In this document: piece after piece, positions 1 through 9,502 of the stretch
Position numbering within the stretch: the first letter of the stretch is position 1
Layout: each line of letters opens with the position of its first letter
DNA from: Verrucomicrobiota bacterium
GTDB lineage: Bacteria > Verrucomicrobiota > Verrucomicrobiia > Limisphaerales > UBA11358
Direction of reading: 5' to 3'
Assembly: GCA_049516255.1 (NCBI GenBank)
Contig: JBEKTH010000008.1
Coordinates: forward strand, 16,449-80,448
DNA: 64,000 nt
Notes under the pieces: model-generated
Databases searched by the model: none
What the model saw: the letters and a program-made list of their open reading frames with translations, nothing else
Told to the model about the DNA's origin: nothing
Program-made: the position numbers and the translations under genes

Positions 1-779
1 ACGTGATTCTCCACTGCATCGGCGAAATCGGCTTTGACGGCGCGACGTATCGGGCGATGCAGTTTGACGGTCCCGGCGCGGCGTCGCTCTCGATTGACGA
101 CCGCATGACCATTGCGAACATGGCCATCGAAGCGGGCGGCAAGAATGCCATTTTTGAATTCGACTCGCGCACGCAGGAATACGTGGACGCGCGGGTGAAA
201 TTGAACGGCACCAAATCCAGTTACACGCCGGTGGAACCGGACCAGGACCAGAAATTTGTGTACGAACTGGTGGTGAATCTCGACCAGCTCGAACCGACGG
301 TGGCGTGCCATCCCGACCCGGGCCAGCGCAAGAAGGCGAAGGAGATGGGGCACATCAAACTGGACCGCGCGTATGTGGGCTCCTGCACCGGCGGCAAGAC
401 GAGCGATTTCGTCGAGTTCGCGCGCGTGTTGCGCGGGCATCATGTGGCGATTGATACGTTTGGCGTGCCGGCAACGCCGGAGATCGTGCGCGACTTGCAG
501 ACGACTTACTGGGGCAAACAGACCGTCTGGGACATCCTGGTCAGCGCCGGTGTGCAGATGACGGAAAACGCCGGATGCGCCGCGTGTCTTGGCGGGCCGG
601 TGGACACGTTTGGCCGCATCAACAAGGCCGGCATCAAGTGCATCAGCGCGACGAACCGGAATTTCCCCGGCCGCATGGGCGACAAGGAATCGCAGGTGTT
701 TCTCGCCTCGCCGATGACCGTGGCCGCGAGCGCGATTGCCGGCAAGATTGTGGACCCGCGCGAGTATTTGGGAAATTAG
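1..779 (+). CDS. leuC: 3-isopropylmalate dehydratase large subunit (aconitase family), C-terminal ~258 aa; 5' end lies outside the window
   Basis: Frame is open from the window edge to the stop at 779. Aconitase-family C-terminal motifs are present (YVGSCTGGKTSDF, SATNRNFPGRMG). No leuD-like ORF follows. Confidence 0.85.
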   Translation, partial: VILHCIGEIGFDGATYRAMQFDGPGAASLSIDDRMTIANMAIEAGGKNAIFEFDSRTQEYVDARVKLNGTKSSYTPVEPDQDQKFVYELVVNLDQLEPTVACHPDPGQRKKAKEMGHIKLDRAYVGSCTGGKTSDFVEFARVLRGHHVAIDTFGVPATPEIVRDLQTTYWGKQTVWDILVSAGVQMTENAGCAACLGGPVDTFGRINKAGIKCISATNRNFPGRMGDKESQVFLASPMTVAASAIAGKIVDPREYLGN

Positions 780-797
780 TAGTGGCGGCTCAGCTTC

Positions 798-1562
798 TTA
801 TTGGCGGCTGAACTTATCCAGCTCCGCAATGAAAGCGCCAGGTCCGCCTTCGAGGTAACCCACCTGCCGGCCCAGTTCATTCCCGGCGTAATTCACCAGC
901 ACCAAGGTTGGATAGCCGGTGACATGGTATTGGTTGGCGAGTCCCCGATTGGCTTCTTTGAGTGCGTTATCCTGGGGTTGGGCGCGTGGGAAATCCACCA
1001 GCACCAACTCCAGTTTGTTCCGGGCGTAGGTGGCGAACTGGTCCGTGTCCAGCACTTCATGGTCAAATCGGTTGCACCACGGACACCAATCGGAACCCGT
1101 AAAGTGAAGCAACACCATTTTATTATCGGCCCTGGCCTGCGCCAGCGTTTGGTCAAAATCGGTGCTCCAGGTCAAATCCGACGCATGGACAATGGCGGGC
1201 GGGCGGGTGCGGGTTTCGTCGGGCGGCCCCGTCCCAGCCGGACCATAAATATCCGCCGGTTGATAATCTTCCGCTCGATAGGCGACGTTGGCCAGGGCTT
1301 GCTTTTGTTCCACGGTACCGGCGACGGCCGGGTTATAATTAAAATGCTTTTGCAGGTCGGGACTGAGATTCTTCAACTTCGCGTTGGCCATGCCTTTCCC
1401 GTTGTTATAGGTAAAATAGACGTCGGTGGCGGAAACGCTGAGCACGGTAACATTGCTATAAACGTCGGTGCCGGCTTGGAGCACCGGCAATTTTTCGTCG
1501 GCCCGGGCGGACATCGCGCCCAGCAGACCCAGTGCGGTAATGATTGTGAAACGCAGGTTCAT
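798..1562 (-). CDS. Secreted thioredoxin-fold protein (thiol:disulfide oxidoreductase-like)
   Basis: An internal Met gives the signal peptide MNLRFTIITALGLLGAMSARA. Thioredoxin-type CxxC motif in FTGSDWCPWCNRFDHEVL. The start was chosen at the signal-peptide Met rather than the ORF maximum (1610). Confidence 0.7.
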   Translation of the reverse strand: MNLRFTIITALGLLGAMSARADEKLPVLQAGTDVYSNVTVLSVSATDVYFTYNNGKGMANAKLKNLSPDLQKHFNYNPAVAGTVEQKQALANVAYRAEDYQPADIYGPAGTGPPDETRTRPPAIVHASDLTWSTDFDQTLAQARADNKMVLLHFTGSDWCPWCNRFDHEVLDTDQFATYARNKLELVLVDFPRAQPQDNALKEANRGLANQYHVTGYPTLVLVNYAGNELGRQVGYLEGGPGAFIAELDKFSRQ

Positions 1563-1690
1563 ACCCGTCTGGCAGCAACCCCTTTGCCAAAATTGAAGGC
1601 AAAAGAACAATCCTCTACTAGGAATTCAGACTGAATGAGCCTTATCTGAATCCATGCAATTCAGACCGAGCAGGTTGCGTTTCCAGCAAC

Positions 1691-1715
1691 GTAGGACAGG
1701 CGTCGCGCCTGTCTC
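1691..1715. repeat. REP-like hairpin repeat, copy 1 (gtaggacaggcgtcgcgcctgtctc)
   Basis: Contains the internal palindrome gacaggcg-tcg-cgcctgtc. Intergenic. Confidence 0.85.
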
Positions 1716-1795
1716 CATCTTTTCGGGATTCCGGAACCAATTAGTGAGTTAAATCAAGCCACTTGGAAACCGCTCAAGCGGAAGTTTTGAAATTA

Positions 1796-1820
1796 GAGAC
1801 GGGCGCGACGCCTGTCCTAC
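1796..1820. repeat. REP-like hairpin repeat, copy 2, inverted (24/25 identical to copy 1)
   Basis: gagacgggcgcgacgcctgtcctac is the reverse complement of copy 1 with one mismatch. Confidence 0.85.
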
Positions 1821-1834
1821 TGCACAGTTCCGGC

Positions 1835-3619
1835 TCATTTTTCCGCGCCAGGTGTGCCGGGAGAAACCGGCGGCGGCGGTTTTTCTGTGGATTCATCCTG
1901 CTCAGAATTTGGATCGGCCGGTGTGAGTTGAAGCGTCGGTTCTGCCAGCGGATGTTCGTGCTTCTGCCATTCTTCGGAAACGCGGCCATCCCAACAAGCC
2001 GGGTTCAATGGATAAACATCAGGATCAAAGATAACGTGATAGAAGTGCCAGACGACAATGGCCAGGCACGCCAGCAGGGCCTCGTAATAATGAATGGTCA
2101 GCGCCACGTCCACGATCCAGCGTGGCAGGAATACCGTTACGTCCATCTTAAACCAGATCATCAGACCGGTGACGCCCATGATGACGGTGCCCCACACCAC
2201 GGCCCAGTATTCCATCTTTTCGGCGTAACCGAACCGGCCGATTTTTGGTTTCTCCCGGCTCCAGCCGGTGAGATAACGCGCGGCGCACCATAAATCGGCC
2301 AAGTCTTTTTTGACCGGGAACAAATCGTTCACCAACCGTCGTCCGTCCGGGGTGGTCAGCAGATAAATAACATGCCAGGCACCGACCAGCAACAGCACGG
2401 CACCGGCCAGGCGATGCGTCCAGCGGCGGAACGATTCATTGGCGCCGAGCAATCGGGCCAGCCACGAATCCGGAAATTTCAAGGCAAAGCCGGTGAGGGC
2501 CAGAACGATGAAACTGGACGCGAGCATGACGTGCTGCCAGCGCTGCGAAAGGCTCATGCGCAAAACCGTCCGCGTGCCGGCGCGATATCGCGCGGCGGTT
2601 TTTCTCAAAAACAGCAACGCGTTGTGGACAAACATCGCACCCACGACACCGAAAATCAGCGTCAGATAAACCTGCCGCACCCACCAGTTGATTGTTTCCG
2701 ACAGGTCCCGTTCTCCGGATGTGGCGGCGAGGTCCACGTGGATTTTGCCGTTCACAAACATCCGGTTGGCGCCGGGATGACACTGGCCACAGGTGGCGAC
2801 GAGGTGGTTCGTATTGATGGTGGAGTCCGGGTCGGAGGAGGGCAGGATTTTGTGGTAACCGTGGCAACTGGCGCAATCGGCGACCACGGTGGAACCGTAT
2901 TGCGCGGCCAGGCCGTGATAGCTTTCGATGTAGGTCTTCACCCGGTCCGCCGGGAGATTGTATCGGGAATCCAAGGTCACGGACGCGTGGCATCGGCTGC
3001 ACACGTCGGAAATTTTCAATGCCGAATCGCCCTTCAACGCCTCGATTTTATGCTCGGTATGACAATCGGTGCAGGTCGGCGCGTCGCGATTGCCGGCCGC
3101 CACCGCCCGGCCATGGACGCTTTTCGCCCAGTCCTCAGCCTCCTGAATGTGGCATTGGCCGCAGGTTTCGGCCTGGCGGGAAAAATACAACGGCGAAACG
3201 GGCGAGTCGGGCGGAAGAATGTCATGCGAATCATGGCAATCCTGGCAGGTGGCCGCGGTCTCATCGCCGGCCTTCAGCGCCAGACCGTGAACGCTCGCAC
3301 CGTAACTGGCAGTTTGCCGGGGATGGCAAAGGGCGCAATTGACCGGCGCCACGGGCCGGTGGTCGTCCGGATGTGTTGCCGCGATGTCGATGTGGCAACT
3401 GACGCAGGCATTTGTTCTGTGGACCGACGCGGCGAGCCGGGCCTGGTCCACGAACAATGAAATTGCCCGGCCAGCGGCGTTGGTTGTGGTCAACGTATTG
3501 TCGGCATGGCAAACTAGGCAATCGTCATCTGACATTACCGGCGCGGCCATGGCGCCGGCGGCGAGGACCAGCCAGAGCGCGGCCAATGCCATTTTCAATG
3601 TTCGGTGGCCACTGCCCAT
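1835..3619 (-). CDS. Multiheme cytochrome c (9 CXXCH) fused to a C-terminal 4-TM b-type cytochrome domain (FdnI/HydC-like); CbcL-like
   Basis: Nine CXXCH motifs counted (CLVCH, CVSCH, CALCH, CQDCH, CGQCH, CTDCH, CSRCH, CASCH, CGQCH). The C-terminal hydrophobic helices carry conserved His (RWQHVML, RWTHRLAG..AWHVIY, LTIHYYE..VVWHFYH). Signal peptide from the Met at 3619, with a GGTGAG Shine-Dalgarno-like box upstream. Confidence 0.8.
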   Translation of the reverse strand: MGSGHRTLKMALAALWLVLAAGAMAAPVMSDDDCLVCHADNTLTTTNAAGRAISLFVDQARLAASVHRTNACVSCHIDIAATHPDDHRPVAPVNCALCHPRQTASYGASVHGLALKAGDETAATCQDCHDSHDILPPDSPVSPLYFSRQAETCGQCHIQEAEDWAKSVHGRAVAAGNRDAPTCTDCHTEHKIEALKGDSALKISDVCSRCHASVTLDSRYNLPADRVKTYIESYHGLAAQYGSTVVADCASCHGYHKILPSSDPDSTINTNHLVATCGQCHPGANRMFVNGKIHVDLAATSGERDLSETINWWVRQVYLTLIFGVVGAMFVHNALLFLRKTAARYRAGTRTVLRMSLSQRWQHVMLASSFIVLALTGFALKFPDSWLARLLGANESFRRWTHRLAGAVLLLVGAWHVIYLLTTPDGRRLVNDLFPVKKDLADLWCAARYLTGWSREKPKIGRFGYAEKMEYWAVVWGTVIMGVTGLMIWFKMDVTVFLPRWIVDVALTIHYYEALLACLAIVVWHFYHVIFDPDVYPLNPACWDGRVSEEWQKHEHPLAEPTLQLTPADPNSEQDESTEKPPPPVSPGTPGAEK

Positions 3620-3717
3620 ACTCACCACTATCGGGCGGCACGAACCGAACCACTCTACACGGCTTGCCATTTGTTGCGCCTATTTTGACGGTGCCGGACC
3701 CGGGGATTCCGCCACCC

Positions 3718-5949
3718 TCAGTGCGTCAGGCGCGTCGCCATGGCGTAGATGATCAGAATCAGCAGGAGGATGCCGAGGCCGAAGAAAAAGTAGCCGAAAG
3801 AGCGGGCGATGTTCTTCCAGCGCTCCCATTCGTCCTTCACGCGATGTTCGTCCAGTTTGCCTTCCGCCACCAGCCGGTCATACCAGCGTTTGCGTTCGTG
3901 CAACATCTCGGTCTTGGAAACGCGGCCGGAGAAAATGACCGTGTCCATCGGGAATTTCTCGAGACGGAAATGGGTGTTGAAGAAATGAATCGAGAAAATG
4001 AAGCCTGCGGCCAGCAGCGCCTCGTCCGAGTGCAGAATCAGGGCCACATTGATGATCCAGCCCGGCAGGTACCGTGTGAAAAACTCCGGGAACCACATGA
4101 TCAAGCCGGAGGCGCCGATGATGGCCACGCCCCAAAACACGGCGAAGTAGTCAAACTTTTCCCAATACGTCCAGCGGTCGAACTCGGGTTTTGGGCCTTT
4201 GCCGAAGAACCACTTGTTGTGCGCCACCAAATCGCGCCAGTCCTGGAGCGTGGGCACCATGGAGTCGGGGCCAAACAAAGTCTTCCACAAGCGGCTGAAC
4301 CGGAACCGGCCGTTCGCGGGATCGCGCAACGATTTCCGTTCCTTCCAGGCCTTGCCCGTCAACGCCGTGAGGTGCAGGCCAAAATAGAAAAAGGTAACGA
4401 TGGCGCCGAGGCGGTGCAATGTCCGCGCGGTTTCCGGGCCGCCGAGGATGTGAAAAATCATTTTGGCCCAGTCCGTATAGTAGAATTTCAGCGGCATGCC
4501 GGTGATCACCAGCAACAGGAAACTGGTCACGACCAGGAAATGCAGAAAACGCTCAAACGGGGAGAAACGCGTAAACCATTCGCCGTCCACCTGCGTCTGA
4601 ATCTTGGCTTCGCGGAATTTCTTCGTGTCATGCAGGTAAAGATAAATGGCGCGCACCAGCCAGCCGAGGGTGTGCAGGCCAAAAAAGGCGAACGTGCCGA
4701 TGAGCAGGCCGGTCATGCCCAGAAACACCGCGTGGAGCAGCGGGTAATTCTTCCCGTCCAGCGGATTGGCATGCGGTTGGTATTCGGTGAACTTGATGGT
4801 GGCGCCGGGATGGCATTGCTGGCACGTCGCCAGGATGTTGGTTGGGGACAGGTGCGACCGCGGGTCGGACGACGGCAGGACGTCATGATAACCGTGGCAG
4901 TCGTAACAGGCGGCCACCATGGGGGCCACGTTGGGCCGGCCGAGCGCCACGGCCTTGCCGTGGTAGGTGTCCCGGTAATGTGCCAGCCGGTCGGCGTGAC
5001 ATTTGCCGCAGCGTTCGTCGCTGAGGGCTTTGAAATTATTGCCCTCCGGGTTCACGATGTCGTGCGCGGTGTGACAATCCGTGCAGACGGGCCCGCGCGG
5101 ATCCCCTTTGGCCAGCAATTGCCCGTGAATGCTCTGGTCGTAGATTTTTTCGACGCCGATGTGACATTTGCCGCAGGTTTTGGCGACATTGGCGTGGTTG
5201 ATGGGCGAATCGCGGTCCACCGCGCGCTTGATGTCATGCACGCCGTGGCAATCGTCGCACGACGGCGCGACAATCAGCCCCATCTTGAGCAGCGCGCGGC
5301 CGTGGATGCTTTCCATGTATTGCGCCGCCGCTTCCGGATGATTGATTTCGTATTCCTTCGTCAGGCCGGCGTTGCTGTGGCATTTCGCGCAGGTGAAAGG
5401 CAGGTTCAGCTTGAATACCGGCGAGGCCGGATCACTGACCGGCAGAATGCCGTGCGACCCGTGGCAATCCCAACAATTCGCCGCGCCGGAGGCGCCGAGC
5501 AGATGGCTCACGCCGTGAATGCTGGTGGCGTAATCTGCGGCCTCCTTCGCGTGGCAAGGGGTGCAACTGGGCGGCCCCAGCGGGTCGTGGACGAGGTCCT
5601 TGATGCCGGTGTGGCAATCCACGCAGGCGAGGTTGGCGTGGACCGATCTTTGAAAATCATTGGTCGGGAAAACCAGCGATTCGCTCTTCCCGTTGACCAC
5701 GCGCGTGGTGTTGGGATCGAGGTGGCAGGCCAGACAATCGCTGTTGGCAAACTTTTCCGGCGCGTTGGTGGAGGCGGTTCCCTGGGCAAACGCAGTGGCC
5801 CCCGCGAACCAAACCCAGGCCAGCAGATACATCCACATCGGCCCGGCGGTTCGCCACCAGCCCACAACCACACGATGGCGGGGCACCGGCATTGGGTGAC
5901 AGCGGTTGGTTGTCATGGCAGTTGTTTTATTCAAAGCTGTCGGGCACAT
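3718..5949 (-). CDS. Multiheme cytochrome c (11 CXXCH) fused to a C-terminal 4-TM b-type cytochrome domain; paralog of the downstream gene
   Basis: Eleven CXXCH motifs counted. Same C-terminal architecture as the 9-heme gene (ERFLHFLVV, ARTLHRLGA..FGLHLT, LILHSDE..FSIHFFNTH). The start is uncertain: candidate Mets at 5949, 5916 and 5838. Confidence 0.8.
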   Translation of the reverse strand: MCPTALNKTTAMTTNRCHPMPVPRHRVVVGWWRTAGPMWMYLLAWVWFAGATAFAQGTASTNAPEKFANSDCLACHLDPNTTRVVNGKSESLVFPTNDFQRSVHANLACVDCHTGIKDLVHDPLGPPSCTPCHAKEAADYATSIHGVSHLLGASGAANCWDCHGSHGILPVSDPASPVFKLNLPFTCAKCHSNAGLTKEYEINHPEAAAQYMESIHGRALLKMGLIVAPSCDDCHGVHDIKRAVDRDSPINHANVAKTCGKCHIGVEKIYDQSIHGQLLAKGDPRGPVCTDCHTAHDIVNPEGNNFKALSDERCGKCHADRLAHYRDTYHGKAVALGRPNVAPMVAACYDCHGYHDVLPSSDPRSHLSPTNILATCQQCHPGATIKFTEYQPHANPLDGKNYPLLHAVFLGMTGLLIGTFAFFGLHTLGWLVRAIYLYLHDTKKFREAKIQTQVDGEWFTRFSPFERFLHFLVVTSFLLLVITGMPLKFYYTDWAKMIFHILGGPETARTLHRLGAIVTFFYFGLHLTALTGKAWKERKSLRDPANGRFRFSRLWKTLFGPDSMVPTLQDWRDLVAHNKWFFGKGPKPEFDRWTYWEKFDYFAVFWGVAIIGASGLIMWFPEFFTRYLPGWIINVALILHSDEALLAAGFIFSIHFFNTHFRLEKFPMDTVIFSGRVSKTEMLHERKRWYDRLVAEGKLDEHRVKDEWERWKNIARSFGYFFFGLGILLLILIIYAMATRLTH

Positions 5950-6032
5950 CCGCGCCGGGCCGGGCGAAAGACCATTCGTTCGCGGGCTTCATTCGCATGC
6001 CGCGTGGCGTAAATCGCGTGCTTCCGACGGCG

Positions 6033-6362
6033 CTACTTCTTAAAAGTCCGCAGGTAGGCCACCAGACCTTTGATTTCGTCGTCTGATAAATTTTGGGCCG
6101 GCCTCATCACCGTCTTGCCGTCTTTGTCCTTGAACCCTTCCTTGATGGCCTTGAACGCGGCATCATCCGTCAACGCGGCCTGAACCGCCGCGTCGCTGTA
6201 GTCCTTGGCGTTGAGCCGGTGGCCCATGTTGGTCTGGCCCTTGCCGTCCGCACCGTGACAGCGGGCACAGGAAGCAGCCCAGGTTTCCTTTGGTTCCGCA
6301 GCGGAAACCGCCAGCGCGGCGGTAAAACCGATGACGCTGGCAAGCAGAATTGTTCTTTTCAT
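6033..6362 (-). CDS. Monoheme class I cytochrome c, secreted
   Basis: Signal peptide MKRTILLASVIGFTAALAVSA from the internal Met. Single CARCH heme site with a distal Met (TVMRPAQ). GGAG box 8 nt upstream of the ATG at 6362. Confidence 0.75.
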   Translation of the reverse strand: MKRTILLASVIGFTAALAVSAAEPKETWAASCARCHGADGKGQTNMGHRLNAKDYSDAAVQAALTDDAAFKAIKEGFKDKDGKTVMRPAQNLSDDEIKGLVAYLRTFKK

Positions 6363-6610
6363 CGTCGTTGCTCCATTTCGTTGGTGTATGGTCGGCGCGG
6401 TTATCCGCGCTTTTATCAAGGACAACGTCGGAGAAAAGGCCGGAATGCACTACCCATGTTTTGGCCAACGAAGGGCATTTTTTGCGTCGATAGACGGGAA
6501 ATCTCCAACGAATTGCCGTGGGGAACCGGCCGGAGGATGAAAAATCGGCGCTTTTTTAGCCCACTGTCCGGGTGGGCGATTTTTTCTCAACGGACGTCCG
6601 CGGTTGCCGT

Positions 6611-7912
6611 TTATTTGGGCAGGTATGCGCCGGGCAGATAAATGGTGAAGGTGGTGCCCTCACCGGGCTGGGTGTGAACGTGCAAGGCGCCATTGCCTTC
6701 CTTGATCAGCCGATGAACGATGCTGAGGCCAAGGCCGGTCCCCTGCCGCGGTCCTTTGGTGGTGAAGTAAGGCTGGAAAATTTTCGGCAGCACTTCCGGC
6801 GGGATCCCCAGGCCATTGTCACGCACCCACAGCTTGACCAGCGGCGGGGTGTTGCCCGCGCATTCCACGTTGAGCAGCCGGTCGTTCGGCGTGTCCTTGA
6901 ACTTGGAGAGGTCCAGCGGCGTCCGCAGCATTTCGCCGCCGACCTCCACGCGATGTTTGTGCGGCACGCATTGAAAGGCATTCACGGCCAGGTTGAGCAG
7001 AATCTGGATGAGGTCGGTGCCGTTGACCTTGATGCTCATGTCCTCGGCCAGCGGCGTGATGCCGAATTCGTTCTCCTGCACGCTGGGATGCACGCGCATG
7101 AGTTGCTCCAGATCCTTGAGCAGTTGGTTGACGCTGACCCGGGGAGCGTGCTCATCCGACTGGCGGCGAAGAAAGCCCAGGTAACGCCGGGAAATTTCAA
7201 TGCAGTTGCCCACCTGCCGCGCAATGATGCGCAAACGATCCTTGATGAATTCCGAATCTTCCGCTTCCAGGTGCGCAGTCCGGCCGAGCCGCTGGTTGAG
7301 CACCTGCACAAAACCGGAAATGACCGTCAACGGACCATTGATATCGTGAATGATGCTGGCATAAATATCGCCGCGCGTCTTGGCGATTTGCTCTTCGATG
7401 CGCTGGTTTTGCAACTCGGTGAGCAACTCCTGGACCTTGTCAGCACTGCTGTGAATTTCGCCTTCGAGGATCCGGCGTTGCATGGCCTGCGCGACGGCGG
7501 CGCGAATGGTCGCGATGTCGAAAGGCTTGTTGATGTAGTCGCATGCGCGCAATCGCAGGGCCTGCCGGATGGTGTCCGTGGTCTCGAAGGCGGTGATCAT
7601 GATCGCCTCGATTTCCGGGTTCACGAATTTGAGGCGCTCCAGGGCTTCGATGCCCGACATGCCCGCCATGCGGATGTCCAGCACCGCCACGTCCACCGGA
7701 TGTTTTTGCACCAGCTCAATCGCCGTCGGGCCGTCCTCAGCCATCAGCAAATCGTATTCATCCTTGAAAATGACACGCAACGACTGACGCGGCCCGTCCT
7801 CGTCGTCCACGATCAACAACAGACCGCGACGCTTCGCGGGCGTCGGTTCGGCGATTTCGGCGATGGCCGTGTCCAGCTCTGCCAATGGGTCAGCGGTCGA
7901 GATCATATTCAA
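6611..7912 (-). CDS. Hybrid response-regulator/histidine kinase (N-terminal REC, then HisKA and HATPase_c)
   Basis: REC motifs LLLIVDDEDG and VAVLDIRMAGMSG. H-box SIIHDINGPLTVISGF. ATPase G-boxes RDNGLGIPPE and GTGLGLSIV. Confidence 0.85.
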   Translation of the reverse strand: MNMISTADPLAELDTAIAEIAEPTPAKRRGLLLIVDDEDGPRQSLRVIFKDEYDLLMAEDGPTAIELVQKHPVDVAVLDIRMAGMSGIEALERLKFVNPEIEAIMITAFETTDTIRQALRLRACDYINKPFDIATIRAAVAQAMQRRILEGEIHSSADKVQELLTELQNQRIEEQIAKTRGDIYASIIHDINGPLTVISGFVQVLNQRLGRTAHLEAEDSEFIKDRLRIIARQVGNCIEISRRYLGFLRRQSDEHAPRVSVNQLLKDLEQLMRVHPSVQENEFGITPLAEDMSIKVNGTDLIQILLNLAVNAFQCVPHKHRVEVGGEMLRTPLDLSKFKDTPNDRLLNVECAGNTPPLVKLWVRDNGLGIPPEVLPKIFQPYFTTKGPRQGTGLGLSIVHRLIKEGNGALHVHTQPGEGTTFTIYLPGAYLPK

Positions 7913-8004
7913 AATTTAGTTGCTCGGTCCTACTCCACTGAAAACGTCTAATAATGTCATTTTACCCGAAACGCTCCCACCCTCAAGCGCAAAACGTGCC
8001 AGAT

Positions 8005-8535
8005 TTAAAGGTGCGCAAGCAATAACGCGAGCGCCTGTCGCACGGTAACTTCCTTGAATCGCACGCGCTCATAACAATTCAATTTGCGCGCAACCGTCGT
8101 CCCGCAGGGGCCGGCCAGGGCGATGAAAACCATTCCGACCGGTTTGCGCTTCGTCCCTCCGGTCGGGCCGGCGACGCCCGTGATTCCCAGCGCGAAGTCC
8201 GCGCTGAATTTCTCCCGCGCGCCCTCGGCCATTTCGCGCGCGACGGCTTCGCTCACCGCCCCGTGCAACGCGAGAGTTTTTGACCGGACGCCCAGAAACT
8301 TCCGTTTCACTGCATTGCTGTAGGCGACCACTCCGCCCAGGAAAACCGCCGAAGCGCCCGGCACGTTCGTGAGCCGGTGCGCCACGCCGCCGCCGGTGCA
8401 CGATTCGGCCAGGGCGAGCGTTTGTCCTCGTTTCGCGAGCAACCGGAGCACCTCCGATTCCAGTGCGAGGCCCGTCCGGACATTGACTTTCTTTCCGGTC
8501 AAGGATCCGGGCACGGCCGGGCGGCGGCGCTTCAT
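8005..8535 (-). CDS. pncC: CinA C-terminal domain / nicotinamide-nucleotide amidohydrolase PncC-like
   Basis: LALAESCTGGGVAHRLTNVPGASAVFLGGVVAYSN is typical of the CinA_C/PncC family. The start was placed at the Met that forms an ATGA overlap with the upstream stop (8532-8535). Confidence 0.75.
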   Translation of the reverse strand: MKRRRPAVPGSLTGKKVNVRTGLALESEVLRLLAKRGQTLALAESCTGGGVAHRLTNVPGASAVFLGGVVAYSNAVKRKFLGVRSKTLALHGAVSEAVAREMAEGAREKFSADFALGITGVAGPTGGTKRKPVGMVFIALAGPCGTTVARKLNCYERVRFKEVTVRQALALLLAHL

Positions 8536-9359
8536 GGCGAGAAGCGCGGCTGGGCGTTTCGGATCTCCGCGGTAAAGGTTCCGGCCATGCAGCTTTTTGC
8601 CTTGTCCGGCAGACAAAGATAAATTTTCCCCGGCAGTTGGTTGCTGGAAACAGCTCCAAATTCCAGTTTCATCGCGAAGCCATTGGTGAACATCTCCGTG
8701 ATTCGCATGTCACCTTCCCGCCAAAACAACGATACTCCTGGTGCGAAACCGGCTTGATTCGTCACCACTTCAAAACTTTTTCCGCCCGGGACCCCGGTCG
8801 CATTTGTGGAAAAACCATTCGTGGTAAAAAAGATGTTCACCGCCGCCGCCACTTCCCGGCCCGATCCGGACCGCAACATCAGCAGGCCACCTTGAAAAAC
8901 CGCGCGCCGGCAGACAAAATCCTTGCCATGAATTTCGCCCGCCGCCGGCCGGTCCAGAAAAACCATGTTGGTCAAATCCAGGGTCCAAAGCGGACTGACG
9001 GCAAAGGGAACCGTATTGGTTGTGCCGGCCCCCGCCGGCGTGGAATGCGATCCAATGATCTTTTCGCGGAGGAACAATGCCGTCACGGCGGCACACGCCA
9101 GAATCAACGCGAAAATGAGCACGGCAGATTTCCTCTGATGCGCCACCGGCAGCGGGGCCGCGGAGGAAGGCGGCGGCGGGAGGAGGATGGGTCTGATGTA
9201 TTGCGTGGCGGACAACTGATATTTTGAACCCTCCGACGGCGCCTTGGGCACGATAATGATCTGGAAACAGGTCGGACATTCCACTTGCGCGCCGCTCGCA
9301 CTCGAATCCACCGCCATGCGTTGGCCGCAAACCGGGCAGGCAAATTTGAACTCGCTCAT
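8532..9359 (-). CDS. Hypothetical membrane protein with N-terminal zinc ribbon
   Basis: N-terminal CPVCG...CPTC ribbon, one TM helix (SAVLIFALILACAAVTALFL), then a ~170-aa domain I do not recognise. Translationally coupled to pncC. Confidence 0.55.
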   Translation of the reverse strand: MSEFKFACPVCGQRMAVDSSASGAQVECPTCFQIIIVPKAPSEGSKYQLSATQYIRPILLPPPPSSAAPLPVAHQRKSAVLIFALILACAAVTALFLREKIIGSHSTPAGAGTTNTVPFAVSPLWTLDLTNMVFLDRPAAGEIHGKDFVCRRAVFQGGLLMLRSGSGREVAAAVNIFFTTNGFSTNATGVPGGKSFEVVTNQAGFAPGVSLFWREGDMRITEMFTNGFAMKLEFGAVSSNQLPGKIYLCLPDKAKSCMAGTFTAEIRNAQPRFSP

Positions 9360-9502
9360 GGCCTTGGGGGAAACATTTCACATCCGCGCCGGGGCGGCAA
9401 TCAGCATTTTAAGCGATTTTAATCCGTCTTTGGGATTGAATTTTACCGCCGCATCTCAAAATCTGTGTTCATCCGCGGCCAGCGCGCGGTTTGTCAAAGC
9501 GC

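Noticed and set aside
3412-6012. 866-aa plus-strand ORF antisense to the two multiheme cytochrome genes
   Set aside because: It has Arg/Ala/Gly/Val-rich, featureless composition and lies entirely opposite genes with unmistakable CXXCH and heme-b motifs. Long stop-free antisense frames are expected in GC3-rich coding DNA.
6426-6610. Possible terminator or sRNA between the hybrid kinase and the cytochrome c gene (gcccac-tgtccgg-gtgggc followed by gatttttt on the plus strand)
   Set aside because: The hairpin-plus-T-run orientation is on the plus strand, where no upstream gene exists. On the minus strand no T-run follows. Too weak to call.
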